Source of the DNA: Pseudomonadota bacterium
GTDB lineage: Bacteria; Pseudomonadota; Gammaproteobacteria; JAKAQQ01
Length of the DNA: 64,000 nucleotides
Reading direction: 5' to 3'
Assembly: GCA_027320085.1 (NCBI GenBank)
Contig: DAHVLZ010000019.1
Span: forward strand, 87,912-151,911
This document shows positions 58,925-64,000 of this stretch, in pieces. How positions within the stretch are numbered: position 1 is the stretch's first letter; the number at the start of each line of letters is the position of its first letter. Made by a program: the position numbers and the translations under genes. The notes under the pieces were generated by a model that had not been told where the DNA came from, made no database searches, and saw only the letters and a list, made by a program, of their open reading frames with translations.

Positions 58925-59808
58925 GAAGGATCCCGAGGGAGCCAGAAATCGTAGAAGTTGAACCAGTTCATCGGGTATTGATGGGCCTCTCGTTCCAGCC
59001 GTTGCACGTATTTCTGCCCGATACGGAGCGCGGTCTCCTCAAGGGTCGGTTGGGGCGGACTGAGCAAGGGTTCGATCTGGATCCGGTAGTGTCGTGCCCG
59101 CTCGTGGATGCAGTAGAAAGTGAAAATCGAGGGGCCAAGCCGTGCGGCGAGATAAAAGGGGGTCAGCGGAAACTCGGCCTCCTGGCCGAGAAAGTCCGTC
59201 TTCCAGGTCCGGGAGGACCGGTGGGCCCGATCCGCGAGCATGCCGAGAAGCCCGCCCGACCGCAGGTGGGCCTGCATGGTGATCATGGCATAGGGATTAT
59301 CGGTCCAGATGACCGAGTGGGGATCCAGGTTGCCGAAGTTTTCCAGAAAGGACGTGACCGGTCGGCCACCCGCCGGATGCATGACAATTTTGAGCGGGAG
59401 ATGGGCGGACTCTCCAAGGGACCGCATGACCTCGAAGCTCCCCAAATGGGAACCGAGCAGCAAAACGCCACTCCCCTCCGCCAAGGCCTTTTGTAGCAGA
59501 TCGAGTCCTTCGATGGCGAAGTGGTAGCGCGGGTCCGGTCCTTGGGTCAGGAAGATCCGGTCATGGAGCGTGGCCGCATAGGTCCAAAGATGCAGGTAGA
59601 TCTCCCGGGTCATGATCCGGTGGCGGTCCCGTGCATGCCTGAGAAAATTCCTCGAGGAACGGGTGGCGTGCCGTGAGGTCAGGAGAAAGTAGAGAACGAT
59701 GGGCGGCAGGAAGAAGCGTCCGGCGGTATAGCCGATTTTTCGACTGATCCAGAGAATCAGTCGAATGGCTTCCGGTGTGCCGCGGTCGGGCTGGGTTTGC
59801 CAGTTCAT
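58921..59808 (-). CDS. Lysophospholipid or lipid A-type acyltransferase (LPLAT/HtrB family).
   Basis: ORF 58921..60027 trimmed to MNWQTQPDRG. An N-terminal transmembrane helix is followed by an HX4D/E-like motif (LGSHLGSFEV). Confidence 0.6.
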   Translation of the reverse strand: MNWQTQPDRGTPEAIRLILWISRKIGYTAGRFFLPPIVLYFLLTSRHATRSSRNFLRHARDRHRIMTREIYLHLWTYAATLHDRIFLTQGPDPRYHFAIEGLDLLQKALAEGSGVLLLGSHLGSFEVMRSLGESAHLPLKIVMHPAGGRPVTSFLENFGNLDPHSVIWTDNPYAMITMQAHLRSGGLLGMLADRAHRSSRTWKTDFLGQEAEFPLTPFYLAARLGPSIFTFYCIHERARHYRIQIEPLLSPPQPTLEETALRIGQKYVQRLEREAHQYPMNWFNFYDFWLPRDPS

Positions 59809-59858
59809 GGCTCGGGCCGGCGCAGATCCTCCCCTTTGCGGGTCATCCGGATCCTCAC

Positions 59859-61277
59859 TCATCGGGACGTGGAGTCGGCGGGGACGAGGACGTGTTCGCG
59901 GTAGAGGCCGGCCAGCACAGCGTGGCTGATCTTTCCCGTGGGCAGGTGGGGGATATCCTCGACCACGATCAGGGGCCGGGGCAGGAAAATCCCATCGATG
60001 CGTTTCCGAAGCTGGGCCAGGATCCACTTCTCGGAGACACCGGGAGCCGTGACAAAGGCCACCAGCCGTTCGGGTTCACCCCGGGTTTCTTGTTCTCGGG
60101 GCTGGTAAAACGCCCCGGACTTCACTCCCGGGATTTCGAGGAGTGCGTGGTTGAGCGCGGCAAGGGAGGCCCTTCGCCCCGCGACCTTGAGAATGTCCTG
60201 CCGTCGTCCGAGAAGACAGAGGTGGGACGAATCCAAGACTTCCACCTCATCGTCCAGGAACCGGGCAGTGCCTGTCCGGCGCCGGATCACGCATGGCCGT
60301 CCCTCAAGCCGCGATACGCTCACGTGGTCGAGCAGGTGCCAGGGCTCCTCGCGGACGGTTCTCCGGGTGGCCAGCGCGCCGGTTTCCGTACTGCCATAGA
60401 CTTCCATCACGGGTACCTTGAATCGCTGCTCGGATTCCCGGGCCAATGCCGTCGAGAGAGGAGCGGTCGAGCAGATGATCAGGCCGAGTCCGGTCACCGT
60501 CAAGCCGCTCTCGACCAGGGCCCGCAAGTGAAAAGGCGTGGTGACCAAGACCGCGTGTGTCCCCAGCGAGGCGGCCTCCCGGACATCAGAGGGGAAAAAC
60601 AGTCGCTTGCGGTAGAGGCTCACTCCGTTGCGCCAAGGCATGAACAGGCCGTGCTCCAGGCCGTACAGATGGTAAGGGGGGACGGTCGAAAGCACATGGC
60701 TGAAATCCCGGATCCGTACCCTTCGGCTCACGGCATCGGCACTTTCCAAAAGTTGTGTCCAGGACTTGTAGTGCAGGCCGGGAGACTGGGTGGTGCCCGA
60801 ACTCCACAGGGCAATCCGGCCTCGGGGGAGGGATTTCACCGGCCGGTCGCCCTCCCGGGGGGTTGGCGGATCAGGTGGTGGAGTCGCGGGTGGAGTGTCG
60901 GCCGGGAGATCGGTCTCCTCACAAAACAGGAAGGACGGGGCGGGAAGAGGCAGGTGACCGAGCAGTGCAGCGGCACTTTCCCGGTCCGGCGCCAAAAGGA
61001 TCCGCATCCGATGCTGACGGGCCCAGAGCAGGCACTGGGCAAAGGAGTAGAAATCCCGGGCCAGATTGACCATGACGGCGGAGGCCCTCCCCGCCGACTC
61101 CCAATCGGTTCCTTCCGGGAGCGTGATCTCGCATTCGGGGTGGGGTTCGGTCCCCCGGTCGGCCAGTGGCCGCGGACACCAGAGGAGGGGTTCCGAGCGG
61201 TCGGGTGGCCACCGGGGATGGGTGCGGACGATGGTCGGGTTGGAAATCCGGTCAGCGGGTCCGGTTTTGGGCCACAT
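59859..61277 (-). CDS. AMP-dependent synthetase/ligase (acyl-ACP/CoA ligase-like).
   Basis: The AMP-binding motif ALWSSGTTQSPGL is present, followed by YGSTETG and a C-terminal PTGKI lysine. The start is uncertain: Met 61277 or Met 61073. Confidence 0.65.
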   Translation of the reverse strand: MWPKTGPADRISNPTIVRTHPRWPPDRSEPLLWCPRPLADRGTEPHPECEITLPEGTDWESAGRASAVMVNLARDFYSFAQCLLWARQHRMRILLAPDRESAAALLGHLPLPAPSFLFCEETDLPADTPPATPPPDPPTPREGDRPVKSLPRGRIALWSSGTTQSPGLHYKSWTQLLESADAVSRRVRIRDFSHVLSTVPPYHLYGLEHGLFMPWRNGVSLYRKRLFFPSDVREAASLGTHAVLVTTPFHLRALVESGLTVTGLGLIICSTAPLSTALARESEQRFKVPVMEVYGSTETGALATRRTVREEPWHLLDHVSVSRLEGRPCVIRRRTGTARFLDDEVEVLDSSHLCLLGRRQDILKVAGRRASLAALNHALLEIPGVKSGAFYQPREQETRGEPERLVAFVTAPGVSEKWILAQLRKRIDGIFLPRPLIVVEDIPHLPTGKISHAVLAGLYREHVLVPADSTSR

Positions 61278-61545
61278 ACAGGCTGAGCTGGTTGAGGTTG
61301 CGGAAAATTTCTTGCGATTCCGCCTGATCCGCCTGAATCTGGATGCCGTACCGCTTGGACAGTTCCAGGGACAGCTCCAGGGCATCGATGGAATCGAGTT
61401 CGAGTCCCTGGTCTCCGAACAAGGGCTCTTGCGGGTCGATCGCCTCAGGCGGTCGTCTCAGCTTGACGGCCTGAACCAGTACGGTGGCGATTTCACGCTG
61501 CCAATCGGTGAGCGGGGCAGGGCGGGTCTTGTCGGCCGTCGTCAT
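61252..61545 (-). CDS. Acyl carrier protein (phosphopantetheine-binding).
   Basis: GLELDSIDALELSLELSKRYGI fits the DSL-type phosphopantetheine attachment site. The start is uncertain. Confidence 0.65.
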   Translation of the reverse strand: MTTADKTRPAPLTDWQREIATVLVQAVKLRRPPEAIDPQEPLFGDQGLELDSIDALELSLELSKRYGIQIQADQAESQEIFRNLNQLSLYVAQNRTR

Positions 61546-61567
61546 TTCATCGGTTTCCTCGGACTGA

Positions 61568-64000
<2,433 letters not shown>

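Overview
This 64 kb window comes from a GC-rich (about 65%) proteobacterial chromosome. The persulfide dioxygenase starting MIFRQFFD suggests a sulfur-oxidising lineage, but that is only a guess. The housekeeping backbone carries aroA, murB, gltX with tRNA-Ala and tRNA-Glu, a metallo-beta-lactamase-fold sulfur dioxygenase, mtnP-like, mfd, a tricorn-like protease, a pal-like lipoprotein, pdxH, pyrG and kdsA. Two accessory regions interrupt it. The first (A) is a roughly 10.2 kb island integrated at tRNA-Val. An intact tRNA-Val with a tyrosine integrase sits at 25.1-26.3 kb, and a diverged copy of the tRNA 3' half sits at 15999-16047 beside murB. The island carries an AlpA-like regulator, a P-loop NTPase gene broken by a degenerate IS256-family element, a single-HKD phospholipase-D-family nuclease directly upstream of a type I R-M hsdM (frameshifted in a poly-C tract) and a half-size hsdS with no hsdR, and two small proteins that look R-M-associated. 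Beside it, a 1.3 kb RelE/ParE-like toxin-antitoxin cassette is bracketed by 105-bp perfect direct repeats made from the murB 3' end, together with a diverged second copy of the tRNA-Val remnant and the murB 5' end. The second region (B) lies downstream of tRNA-Ala/tRNA-Glu. It holds an AbiEi/AbiEii type IV toxin-antitoxin pair, divergently transcribed from a 1360-aa orphan protein that has an N-terminal XRE helix-turn-helix domain and an internal His7 run. Other notable items are a Trp/Tyr/Pro/His-rich secreted protein encoded partly by 21-bp tandem repeats, an S8 protease with a sorting-signal-like C-terminal tail, a PAS-GGDEF-EAL protein with a degenerate GGDEF motif, and an eight-gene aryl-polyene-like lipid biosynthesis and export cluster (GT2, CLF, KS, MMPL, LolA-like, LPLAT, AMP-ligase, ACP). 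No CRISPR array or rRNA was seen.
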